DNA from: a virus
Lineage: Duplodnaviria; Caudoviricetes
Length of the DNA: 64,000 nt
Strand: one strand, 5' to 3'
Virus record (IMG/VR): IMGVR_UViG_3300044556_000077
Span: 1-64,000 of that record
The stretch's first letter is position 1. Each line of letters opens with the position of its first letter. A program made the position numbers and the translations under genes. Under the pieces are notes generated by a model that saw only the letters and a program-made list of their open reading frames with translations, searched no databases and was not told the origin of the DNA. Shown in pieces: positions 10,986-19,497 of the stretch.

Positions 10986-11068
10986 AATATTTTAATCAGT
11001 TTTATGTTCACTGCCCTTTTATTGGGTGAGAAACGGTGAGAAACGCCATTTTACCCGTAAATAGAATT

Positions 11069-11112
11069 TCGGCTGTATCCAAGTTATTGCAACGGATACA
11101 GCCGATTTTTTT
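11069..11112 (+). terminator. Intrinsic terminator
   Basis: 12-bp stem TCGGCTGTATCC/GGATACAGCCGA followed by T7. Confidence 0.75.
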
Positions 11113-11321
11113 CATAAAAACCCATTTGTATTAATGGAGATATAGAAAAGCGAAAAAATATCTCTACACAAAATAGTACACAACAGTGCAGTGTGGGTTT
11201 TTATTTCCTAATTTTAAATCCCCCTAAATATTTATTCGTTTTAACCACACTGCACTTTTGTTTAACTAAAGATGTACAATAAATAATTTTGGAACAACAA
11301 TGATAAAAAGGAGAAACTAAT

Positions 11322-11645
11322 ATGGCTACAAGAAAAAATCAGATCGTAAGTGACATTATGGAAAAGGTCAACGTTGAAGGTGAACCAAGAATCACAAAGG
11401 CAACAATTGAGAGAACATATAATGCTATGCTGGGTGTTATTGCAGAGGAACTGAAGCAGACAGGAATTTGTAAGCTGTCTGGAATCGGTACTTTCAAGAC
11501 CAGAGTAACACCTGAGAAGGATGTTATTTCTCGTCTGGGAGATGAGCCGAAGACATATCATGTTCCTGAGAAGACGGTTGTATCCTTTAAGGCTTCTGCT
11601 GTATTGAAGGATTTCATGAATAACGCAGAAGAGACATTCTGCTAA
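11322..11645 (+). CDS. HU/IHF-like DNA-binding protein (YonN-like)
   Basis: CKLSGIGTFKTRVTPEK...VPEKTVVSFKASAVLKD signature. Confidence 0.85.
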   Translation: MATRKNQIVSDIMEKVNVEGEPRITKATIERTYNAMLGVIAEELKQTGICKLSGIGTFKTRVTPEKDVISRLGDEPKTYHVPEKTVVSFKASAVLKDFMNNAEETFC

Positions 11646-11663
11646 TATTGGAGTTGATCTTAA

Positions 11664-12851
11664 TTGGTAAATCACACTTATTTAGATTATGGTGCGTCTT
11701 CCCCTATTGGGGAGGACGTTATCAATACTATGGTTGATGTAGCAAAGAATTACTATGGTAATCCATCGTCCAAACATAATGACGGAGTTGAAGCTCATGA
11801 CATTATTGCACATGCTCGTAAGACGATTATGGATTATATTGGTGGAAATGAGGATGATAATCTGATCTTCACTTCAGGAGCTACAGAAAGCAATAGTATT
11901 GCTATTCAGGGATTTTGCAGAGCATATAATAAAGTAAGGATTTTTTACACCCCACTTGAACATGAAGATATTATTCAGGCTGTTAAGTATTGTACGGAAC
12001 ACATGAGTGGTGTAAGTTCTTGTGAGATTCCTGTTGAGGAAGGAACTGGGTACATTGACATTGATGGTTTTGATAATCTGCTGTTCAATGCCAGATTGAA
12101 GCATCCGGGTGAAGTCTTCCTTATTATTATTCAGCTTGCCAATAGTGAAATCGGTACTATTCAGCTGAGTGAGATTTTATACGATGTAATTCGTGAATAT
12201 GATGATGATGATATCTGCATCATGAGTGACATTACGCAGTATCTTCCATATTATAGATTCAAAGCATTTAATCCTGACATGAGAATGTGTATTGATATTG
12301 TCACTGCTTCTGCTCAGAAGTTTGGTGGGCTTAAAGGTACAGGATTCCTTTATGTCAATAGTGGTTGGGATATTGATCCTGTTATCTTCGGTGAACAGGG
12401 AGTGCGTGGCGGTACTGAGAATGTAATTGGTATTACTGCTATGGAGACTGCGATCAAACACCTCGATAAGACAATTGAAGTTAAGCAGAAGAAACTTCTG
12501 TTCATTTATAATTACCTTAAAAAAAAATTGAGTAAGATTGAAGGGGTTGAGATAATTGGAGATCCTTTTGACCGACTTATTAATAATCTTAGTTTTGTAT
12601 GTAATACATGTGATCTTTCAGCGCAACAGATTGTTGAGCTTTGCAATGAGTCAGGGGTATCTATTTCTGCGGGTTCTGCTTGCCACAATTATAGTTCTGA
12701 ACCTTCTAGGACTTTACTTGCAATTGGATTAAGCCCGGAGAAAGCAAATAAGGTCATCCGTGTTACATGGGGTGAATATACAACAATTGATGATATTTGT
12801 ACTTTCTTGGATGTGTACAAGGAAATCCTCGCTATACATTCAAAGAAGTAA
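11664..12851 (+). CDS. iscS: Cysteine desulfurase (IscS/NifS family)
   Basis: YLDYGASSP, NPSSKH, FTSGATESN, PLP lysine in SAQKFGG, catalytic SAGSAC. Confidence 0.9.
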   Translation: MVNHTYLDYGASSPIGEDVINTMVDVAKNYYGNPSSKHNDGVEAHDIIAHARKTIMDYIGGNEDDNLIFTSGATESNSIAIQGFCRAYNKVRIFYTPLEHEDIIQAVKYCTEHMSGVSSCEIPVEEGTGYIDIDGFDNLLFNARLKHPGEVFLIIIQLANSEIGTIQLSEILYDVIREYDDDDICIMSDITQYLPYYRFKAFNPDMRMCIDIVTASAQKFGGLKGTGFLYVNSGWDIDPVIFGEQGVRGGTENVIGITAMETAIKHLDKTIEVKQKKLLFIYNYLKKKLSKIEGVEIIGDPFDRLINNLSFVCNTCDLSAQQIVELCNESGVSISAGSACHNYSSEPSRTLLAIGLSPEKANKVIRVTWGEYTTIDDICTFLDVYKEILAIHSKK

Positions 12852-12866
12852 TTAATGATGAAGTTT

Positions 12867-12896
12867 AAGAGTAGGTTTCGTTCTCTACTCTTTTTT
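12867..12896 (+). terminator. Intrinsic terminator after iscS
   Basis: AAGAGTAG/CTACTCTT stem plus T-tract. Confidence 0.6.
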
Positions 12897-12942
12897 CTTT
12901 ACTTTTGTTTCATTTTTGTACCTCCTAAAAATATAATGAAAC

Positions 12943-13543
12943 GAGAACAAGGATGCTAGAAATGAGAGCATTGTTAACTCAGTGAAGAAGCAATGTTATG
13001 CTGCTGAGATGCATTGTAATCCCAGACTGATACTTACGGATACGTTTGTTGAGGATCTGTGCAGCTATGGTGACATAGTTGCAGAAGGTAGAATTACCAA
13101 CGGTTGGATGCAGTGCTAAACTTCTGGCGATATAAAGGTACGACAAATTGACACCATGTGCAATAGACGCTCTGTGAGAAGAACCTCAAACGACATGAAG
13201 CTGGATACTTAGTGAAACGTGAGGAATTCCAAATAAGCATGGTAATGCATATAAGCGTAGCAGAAATGCCGTGAATAAAGTTCAAGAGTCGGTACGAGTA
13301 GCCTAATGCATGGCATCAAGGTTGAAGCATAGACTTGAAATCTATTGCTGATGATATGTGAATGACAGGTGAAAGTTACAGATGCCAATTCTGTATAAGA
13401 TTTGCCGTTTAACGGTGGGTATAATAGCTGCAGCTGACGGGTTGTATGCTCACATTATATTCCTTATTGACTGAATATATAAGAAGGATGTTTGAGTAAG
13501 ATGAAGGTCTAACAGTGCTTTGATTTCTGGTATCCTTGTTCTT
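12943..13543 (+). ncRNA. Large structured ncRNA (~600 nt), ROOL-like
   Basis: No ORF; 5' GAGAACAAGGATGCTAGAAAT pairs with 3' ATTTCTGGTATCCTTGTTCTT, then AGCATTGTTA pairs with TAACAGTGCT; internal hairpins; size and tRNA-adjacent phage context match ROOL; TATAAT at 12932-12937 just upstream. Confidence 0.7.
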
Positions 13544-13546
13544 TGT

Positions 13547-13621
13547 AGGTTTGTAGTTCAATTGGCAGAATGCCAGTTGTGAGAGCAACGGTAGATGCAA
13601 GTTCAAATCTTGCCGAACCTA
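13547..13621 (+). ncRNA. tRNA-like element lacking a canonical anticodon loop
   Basis: Acceptor AGGTTTG/CGAACCT, D arm GTTC-AATTGGCA-GAAT, T arm GCAAG-TTCAAAT-CTTGC; the anticodon arm is an extended stem capped by GAGA. Confidence 0.7.
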
Positions 13622-13688
13622 TTTTATGCGGGTTTCACTCCTACTATGAGTAAACACGCAAATACATTAAGAAAGGAATGAAACCTAT

Positions 13689-13877
13689 TTGTTCAAAATT
13701 AGTAAACTTGAAAGAGATTTTTTAGAAAGCAATGGATGTAAGTTCCCTTATGAGCTTCATAAGACACTTGGAACATCCAAGCATTGTACATATTATGCTT
13801 CTGAGACAAACAGAGTGCTTGATTTACTTAAGGAATACAAGGATAAACATGTTACTGAACGTCATGTTAACAAGTAG
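13689..13877 (+). CDS. Small hypothetical protein
   Basis: 62-aa ORF with GAAAGGA upstream, in operon orientation. Confidence 0.6.
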   Translation: MFKISKLERDFLESNGCKFPYELHKTLGTSKHCTYYASETNRVLDLLKEYKDKHVTERHVNK

Positions 13878-13911
13878 ATAAAGCAATTATATCGCTTATT
13901 TCATTGTTTAG

Positions 13912-15372
13912 GTGGTGATCAATATTTCATCTAAGAAGCATAAGGGCGAGAAGATCCGTGTTAGATGCGTAGGTATGTCATCTAGTGAAGTCACCGGATC
14001 TGGCTATTTAGTTGAGTGCCCTACTGGTGAACAGATTCTGCTAGATTGTGGATTATACCAATCAGGAAATGTTTACCAGTCGTATAAAATCAACAAAAGA
14101 AAGTTTGACTTTAAACCTAGAGATATTACAGCTGCTTTAATTTCACATATCAATGCAGACCATTACTGCTTACTTCCTAAGTTTGTTGCCGAAGGTGGAA
14201 ATTGTAACATCTATATATCTGAAGAGACATTAGATTTTACTAAGCCGATGCTTGAAGATTCTGCCAGAATTATGGAAAGAGATGCAGAGATGCTTTCAAG
14301 AAGGTATGGTAAAGATTTATCTCCTGTATATAGAATTGAAGATGTACAGCGCACTGAATTGCTATTCAGAGGATGTGCTAAAGATCAGATGCATAAGATT
14401 TCAGAGAACGTAAGCTTTAGATTTGTGTCTGCTGGTCATATATTCGGATCATGTCAAATTGAATTGTATATCACACTTCCGACAGGTATAGTAAAAAAGA
14501 TCTGCTATTCTGGGGATATTGGCAACTCAATGTTTGAGCATCCTTTTATTGATGATTATGAGCCTACAGTGAAATGCAATATGTTCATTGGCGAGACTAC
14601 ATATAATAATCCAAAGCGTTCTGCTAAAAAGAATCAGCGCAAGAAGGATCTTGAGACTATTGAAGAGACAATCCGAGAAACATGTTTTGACAATAAAGGT
14701 ATAGTTTTGATACCTACATTTGCTTTGCAGAGAACTGAAACGATGTTGTACGCTCTTTGGAAGATCTTTGGTGACGATCCAGAGTTTGATATTCCTGTTG
14801 TTGTAGACTCCCCTCTTGCAGTAAAACTGTTAGACTGCTTCAAAGACAATCTTACAGGTTACTGGAAAGAAGAGTTTGATGCCATGATGAAATGGAAGAA
14901 TATCAAGGTAATCAAGGACTATGATACCAGTATGGCTTGCATGATGGATACAAGCCCAAAGGTGGTATGTTCCTCTTCAGGTATGCTTACTCAGGGAAGA
15001 TCGATTCAGTATTTAAAGAGGATTCTTCCTCGGAAGAATTGTTGCATTCTGACTTGTGGATACATGGTTGAAGATAGTCTTGGATGGAAGATTAAGAACA
15101 GGTCTGCTCAGAAGACAATTACTATAGATAAGAAACCATGTAAAAACAGATGTAAGGTTAAGAGTCTGGAAAGCTTTTCATGCCATGCTCAATATCAACA
15201 GTTAATGAATACATATGTTGATGTTGCTGACCGTGGATGTGAAGTAATCTGGCTTGTTCATGGAGATAAAGGGAAAATTGATTTTAAGAAAGCGTTAGAA
15301 AGACGCATTGCTAAAATCTGTAAAACAACAAAAGTAGTAGCTACTAACAAAGATACGGTAGCACATATTTAA
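13912..15372 (+). CDS. Metallo-beta-lactamase / beta-CASP ribonuclease (YSH1/CPSF73-like)
   Basis: LDCG, SHINADH, AGHIFGS, YSGDIG, ETTY, SSGML, FSCHA, LVHG motifs. Confidence 0.9.
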   Translation: MVINISSKKHKGEKIRVRCVGMSSSEVTGSGYLVECPTGEQILLDCGLYQSGNVYQSYKINKRKFDFKPRDITAALISHINADHYCLLPKFVAEGGNCNIYISEETLDFTKPMLEDSARIMERDAEMLSRRYGKDLSPVYRIEDVQRTELLFRGCAKDQMHKISENVSFRFVSAGHIFGSCQIELYITLPTGIVKKICYSGDIGNSMFEHPFIDDYEPTVKCNMFIGETTYNNPKRSAKKNQRKKDLETIEETIRETCFDNKGIVLIPTFALQRTETMLYALWKIFGDDPEFDIPVVVDSPLAVKLLDCFKDNLTGYWKEEFDAMMKWKNIKVIKDYDTSMACMMDTSPKVVCSSSGMLTQGRSIQYLKRILPRKNCCILTCGYMVEDSLGWKIKNRSAQKTITIDKKPCKNRCKVKSLESFSCHAQYQQLMNTYVDVADRGCEVIWLVHGDKGKIDFKKALERRIAKICKTTKVVATNKDTVAHI

Positions 15373-15430
15373 TATAAAGGTTATGCTGCCTAAAAAGCAA
15401 ATATTGATATATAAGGAGATAGTGCTAAGT

Positions 15431-16898
15431 AGACAATAATATTGATATTGGTGATTAAATGTGTTTAAAGATGCTCATAGTACATGCCTAAATTGAGAAG
15501 GCTTTTTAGGGTTTTTCCTCATATTTTAGACGATGCCCAAGCGGAGAGAAGGTGAGAATGATGCTGAAAAGCTTCAAGACAGAAATTGATCCAACACTAG
15601 AGCAAAAAATCAAGATCAACAAAACTATTGGCACATGCAGATATATCTACAATTTCTACATTGCCCATAATAAAGCTTTGCATGATCAAGGCGAAGCATT
15701 TATGAGTGGCAAATCATTTAGTGTCTGGCTTAACAATGAGTATATACCTAACCATTCAGACAAAGCATGGATTAAAGAAGCTTATTCTAAAGCTGTCAAG
15801 AAATCCATTGAAAATGGGTGTACTGCTTTTACAAGATTTTTTAAACATCAGAGTGGTTTTCCAAAATTCAAGAAGAAGGGAAAATCTGATGTAAAGATGT
15901 ATTTTGTGAAGAATAACCCCAAAGATTGCATCTGCAAAAGACACTGTATCAAGATTCCTTCTCTTGGATGGGTAAAGCTAAAAGAAAAAGGCTATATACC
16001 AACAACCAAGGATGGATTCACTATTAAGAGTGGTACGGTGTCTATGAAGGCAGACAGATATTATGTTTCAGCTCTTGTAGAGCTGCCTGATCCACATCCA
16101 TCAAAATGCAGTGGCGAGGGTATTGGAATAGACTTAGGGCTAAAGGATTTTGCTATTGTTTCAAATGGCAAGACTTATAAAAATATCAATAAGTCAGCAA
16201 GAATTAAAAAATTAGAAAAGAAACTGCGTAGGGAACAAAGATGTCTCTCACGCAAGTATGAAAATTTAAAGAAAGGAGAGTCTACTCGAAAGAATATACA
16301 GAAGCAAAAGCTGATGGTGCAGAAGCTTTATCATAGGATAGATAATATCCGTACTGATTACATTAACAAGACAATCACTGAGATAGTAAAAACCAAGCCG
16401 TCTTATATAACGATTGAGGATTTAAATGTATCAGGTATGATGAATAACAGGCATCTCTCAAAAGCTATTGCATCACAAAAGTTTTATGAGTTCAGAATTA
16501 AGCTTAAAAATAAATGTGATGAAAATGGCATTGAATTAAGGGTTGTGGACAGATGGTATCCATCATCAAAACTGTGTCACTGTTGTGGAGCTATTAAGAA
16601 AGATTTAAAACTTTCAGACAGGGTTTACAGATGTGCCTGTGGATACATAGCAGACAGAGACTATAATGCAAGTCTTAATTTAAGAGACGCAAAAACTTAC
16701 AAAATTGCATAAGTAAGCAAGTGTAAGTGTGTACCAATGGCTAGTTGGGAATTAACGACTGTGGAGTGTACAAGAACTTGTGAGTAGTAGGTCACTTATG
16801 ACTACAAAAGCATACACTGTGAAGCAGTAAGTGGTGTTTGCGAAAACCCACAACATCTCAATGTGCTTGAGTATATTTGAACATATTTTGAGTAGCAG
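15431..16898 (+). mobile_element. Non-autonomous TnpB-only IS (IS607/IS200-IS605 group); left end approximate
   Basis: tnpB followed by ~190 nt omegaRNA-like right end ending ...TTTTGAGTAGCAG; no transposase ORF. Confidence 0.7.
15552..16712 (+). CDS. tnpB: RNA-guided endonuclease TnpB
   Basis: RuvC GIDLG, IEDL, DRDYNA; zinc finger CHCCG..CACG; N-terminal HTH KSFKTEIDPT. Confidence 0.93.
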   Translation: MRMMLKSFKTEIDPTLEQKIKINKTIGTCRYIYNFYIAHNKALHDQGEAFMSGKSFSVWLNNEYIPNHSDKAWIKEAYSKAVKKSIENGCTAFTRFFKHQSGFPKFKKKGKSDVKMYFVKNNPKDCICKRHCIKIPSLGWVKLKEKGYIPTTKDGFTIKSGTVSMKADRYYVSALVELPDPHPSKCSGEGIGIDLGLKDFAIVSNGKTYKNINKSARIKKLEKKLRREQRCLSRKYENLKKGESTRKNIQKQKLMVQKLYHRIDNIRTDYINKTITEIVKTKPSYITIEDLNVSGMMNNRHLSKAIASQKFYEFRIKLKNKCDENGIELRVVDRWYPSSKLCHCCGAIKKDLKLSDRVYRCACGYIADRDYNASLNLRDAKTYKIA

Positions 16899-16918
16899 AT
16901 TATTAAGCCTATGGCTAC
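16713..16918 (+). ncRNA. TnpB omegaRNA scaffold plus flanking guide (predicted)
   Basis: Structured right-end sequence GGGAATTAACGACTGTGGAG...GAAGCAG; guide predicted from 16899. Confidence 0.6.
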
Positions 16919-17687
16919 AAAATATAATGGTGATACAACTGCACTGATCACAATTCCTAAGTCTAGTGACTACATGACTGCGGAGGAGTTTGATTACTGG
17001 AAAGCAAGAAAGAATCGTATGTTCTTCATTGATTATACAATCGATGACAATTATCTGCTTGTAGAACTTGGAAAGACAATTCTCACAATGAATATGAGAG
17101 AACGTAATGTTCCAAAGGATAAGCTGAAGCCGATTTACCTGTTCATCTATTCTTATGGTGGTGATTTGTATCAGGCATGGAGTTTGATTAGCATCATTCA
17201 GGCAAGCCGTATTCCTATCATTACTATTAATATGGGAGTTGCTATGTCTGCAGGATTCCTTCTTCTGTTGTCCGGGCATAAGCGTTATGGATTCAAGTAT
17301 GCAAGTGCTATGGTTCATCACGGGTCTGCAGCTACTGAGGGAAACAGTAATGAGTTTCTTGCTGCTAGTAAGAACTATGAGAAGATGCTTGGCGTAATGG
17401 ATAAGTATGTACTGAAGAATACTAGTATTCCAGATGCTCTGTATAAGAAGCATAAGAAGGAAGATTGGTATCTCTCTCCTGCACAGCAGCTTAAGTTTGG
17501 TGTAGTTGATAAACTGATTGATTCTATTGATGAAGTGTTTAGTAATACACCGAAGTCTCCTAAGAAGAACTTCAATAGAACAAAGAAGTCAGACCCGCAC
17601 ACTCCGAAAGATGGAAAGTTTGATGTATCCAAAGGAGTTGTAAAGGTGGGCACTGAGGAAAATACAGATAAGGACGAAAGTGAGTAA
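16911..17687 (+). CDS. clpP: ClpP-like serine protease
   Basis: YSYGG, GVAMSAG (Ser), MVHH (His), EDWYLSP. Confidence 0.85.
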   Translation: MATKYNGDTTALITIPKSSDYMTAEEFDYWKARKNRMFFIDYTIDDNYLLVELGKTILTMNMRERNVPKDKLKPIYLFIYSYGGDLYQAWSLISIIQASRIPIITINMGVAMSAGFLLLLSGHKRYGFKYASAMVHHGSAATEGNSNEFLAASKNYEKMLGVMDKYVLKNTSIPDALYKKHKKEDWYLSPAQQLKFGVVDKLIDSIDEVFSNTPKSPKKNFNRTKKSDPHTPKDGKFDVSKGVVKVGTEENTDKDESE

Positions 17688-17690
17688 TAT

Positions 17691-17930
17691 ATGATTAAGA
17701 GATTTAGCAAGATTGAATATAAACAAAAAGCAATTGCATTTAAGGATGGTCATCTTGAGGATGAAGATGGCAACATCATTGATCTGGTAAATGACCTGAA
17801 GACGGTATTTGGTGCTACAGAGTTTTCCATTTCTGCTTCTAAGGGCAGTAATGATAATCTGGATATTGATGACTTTGAGCCACCGAAGGATATTGCAGAT
17901 GATCATGAAAACGATGAGAACTTCTTTTAG
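17691..17930 (+). CDS. Small hypothetical protein (YonK-like by position)
   Basis: 79 aa, directly before the YonJ-like gene. Confidence 0.55.
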   Translation: MIKRFSKIEYKQKAIAFKDGHLEDEDGNIIDLVNDLKTVFGATEFSISASKGSNDNLDIDDFEPPKDIADDHENDENFF

Positions 17931-17941
17931 GGGTTGATTGA

Positions 17942-19207
17942 ATGTCAATTGCAGATGAATTAATTGGATACGGATTCACACCAGATGTGTATGAATCCGT
18001 ATTAAATGCTTGTGACGATAAAATTCATGGTATCTCAGATGACGATTGGCAGGATATTGTAGATAAGTTTGATCTCGATATCAGTAGAGAGTCTTTGCGT
18101 AAAGCGCAGAGACTCGCACCTTTCGGTGGTAATTTCGTTAAGAGATATTATGAAGAGAAAATGAGTGATTTTGGAGTAACTGGTGAGGTTGACTCTGAGA
18201 CTAAGAAAGCTTTAAAAGCTAAGAAAGAACGTGCTAAAACACAGGCTGAAAAGGTTGAATTGAATAAATGGCTGCGTGAGAACGCAAGAGATGAATTAAT
18301 CACAGACAAGATTGTAAATGCTATTAAAACATTAGACAAACTTGATGTTCCAGAACCTATCTATAGAGAAGGAACTGCTGAAGATGAAAAAAGACCGATC
18401 CGATATGCGCTCTTCTTTGGAGATGCGCATTTTGGAGTTGAATACGAGCTGCGAGATATACACAATCGTGTGATTAATGCATATAGTCCAGAGATTTTCT
18501 ATCAAAGAATGACCGATCTTCTGGATAAAACAATTACATTTTGTCAAGACAACAATGTTCAGATTCTGGATGTTGTAGATATTGGAGACAATATTGACGG
18601 AATTATCAGGCTCACCTCCCAGCTAATGAAGCTGAGATATGGTGTAGTTGATTCCAGTGTTAAATATGCTAATTTTATGGCAAAGTGGATTAACGAACTT
18701 AGTAAACATGTTTATGTCAAATATCATATGGTCTTGGACGGAAATCATTCCCAGTTGAGAATGTGTGGTGCGCCTAAGAACGCATTCCCGGAAGACAATA
18801 TGTCAAAGGTAATTCAGGAGATTATTGAATGCAGATTAGAGGATAACCCTAATGTAGAGATTGTGAAGAATCCTACTGGTATGGTTTATTTCAAACTGTG
18901 CAACTACCCTATCCTTGCTATTCATGGTGAAGTTAAAGACATGAAGAAAGCAATTAATGAGTATTCAAGAGTCTATGAGATCCCTATTTCTTACCTTATT
19001 GCAGGACATTATCACAGCAGTAAAAGTGAAGAGCTTTATTCCTGTTGTTCTGTAATTAATATTCCTAGTATCATTGGAACTGATTCTTATGCATTGAGTC
19101 TCAGAAAGAAGAGTAATGCAGGAGCTTTACTTCTTGGTTTCAAGGACAATGAAGGTAAGGTGTTTGAATACGACATTAAACTAAGTAATGTTAAAAATAT
19201 TGGATAA
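17942..19207 (+). CDS. Calcineurin-like metallophosphoesterase (YonJ-like)
   Basis: GDAHFG, GDNIDG, GNH, HG, GHYH motifs. Confidence 0.85.
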   Translation: MSIADELIGYGFTPDVYESVLNACDDKIHGISDDDWQDIVDKFDLDISRESLRKAQRLAPFGGNFVKRYYEEKMSDFGVTGEVDSETKKALKAKKERAKTQAEKVELNKWLRENARDELITDKIVNAIKTLDKLDVPEPIYREGTAEDEKRPIRYALFFGDAHFGVEYELRDIHNRVINAYSPEIFYQRMTDLLDKTITFCQDNNVQILDVVDIGDNIDGIIRLTSQLMKLRYGVVDSSVKYANFMAKWINELSKHVYVKYHMVLDGNHSQLRMCGAPKNAFPEDNMSKVIQEIIECRLEDNPNVEIVKNPTGMVYFKLCNYPILAIHGEVKDMKKAINEYSRVYEIPISYLIAGHYHSSKSEELYSCCSVINIPSIIGTDSYALSLRKKSNAGALLLGFKDNEGKVFEYDIKLSNVKNIG

Positions 19208-19273
19208 TAACGAAAAAGGGTAGTTGTCACCTATCCTTTTTCGCAAATCATTTTGTGGGAGGATGTAGGGTAA

Positions 19274-19477
19274 ATGACAATTACATTATTTAGTACGCCT
19301 AACTGTGTTAGATGCAAGATGTTGTCTAACTTGCTTAAAGATAAGAACATTGACTATACTGAAAGTCATAATATCAAAGAAGTAATTGCTAATGGATTTA
19401 TGTCTGCTCCTGTATTGAAGATTGATGATAAGTATATGGCTATGCCAGATGCTTTAAGATGGGTTAACGAACAGTAG
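19274..19477 (+). CDS. Glutaredoxin/NrdH-like redoxin
   Basis: CVRC motif, SAPVL cis-Pro loop, 67 aa. Confidence 0.85.
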   Translation: MTITLFSTPNCVRCKMLSNLLKDKNIDYTESHNIKEVIANGFMSAPVLKIDDKYMAMPDALRWVNEQ

Positions 19478-19497
19478 AAGAACAGGCAGGAGGAACT

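Noticed and set aside
11664-12851. DndA of a phosphorothioation system
   Set aside because: No dndB-E or ssp genes in this window; cannot be excluded elsewhere in the genome
13547-13621. Functional or suppressor tRNA
   Set aside because: No 7-nt anticodon loop with a canonical 5-bp stem can be formed; reported as a tRNA mimic instead
15373-15551. IStron (group I intron fused to the IS)
   Set aside because: Only about 120 nt precede tnpB and no group I core elements are visible
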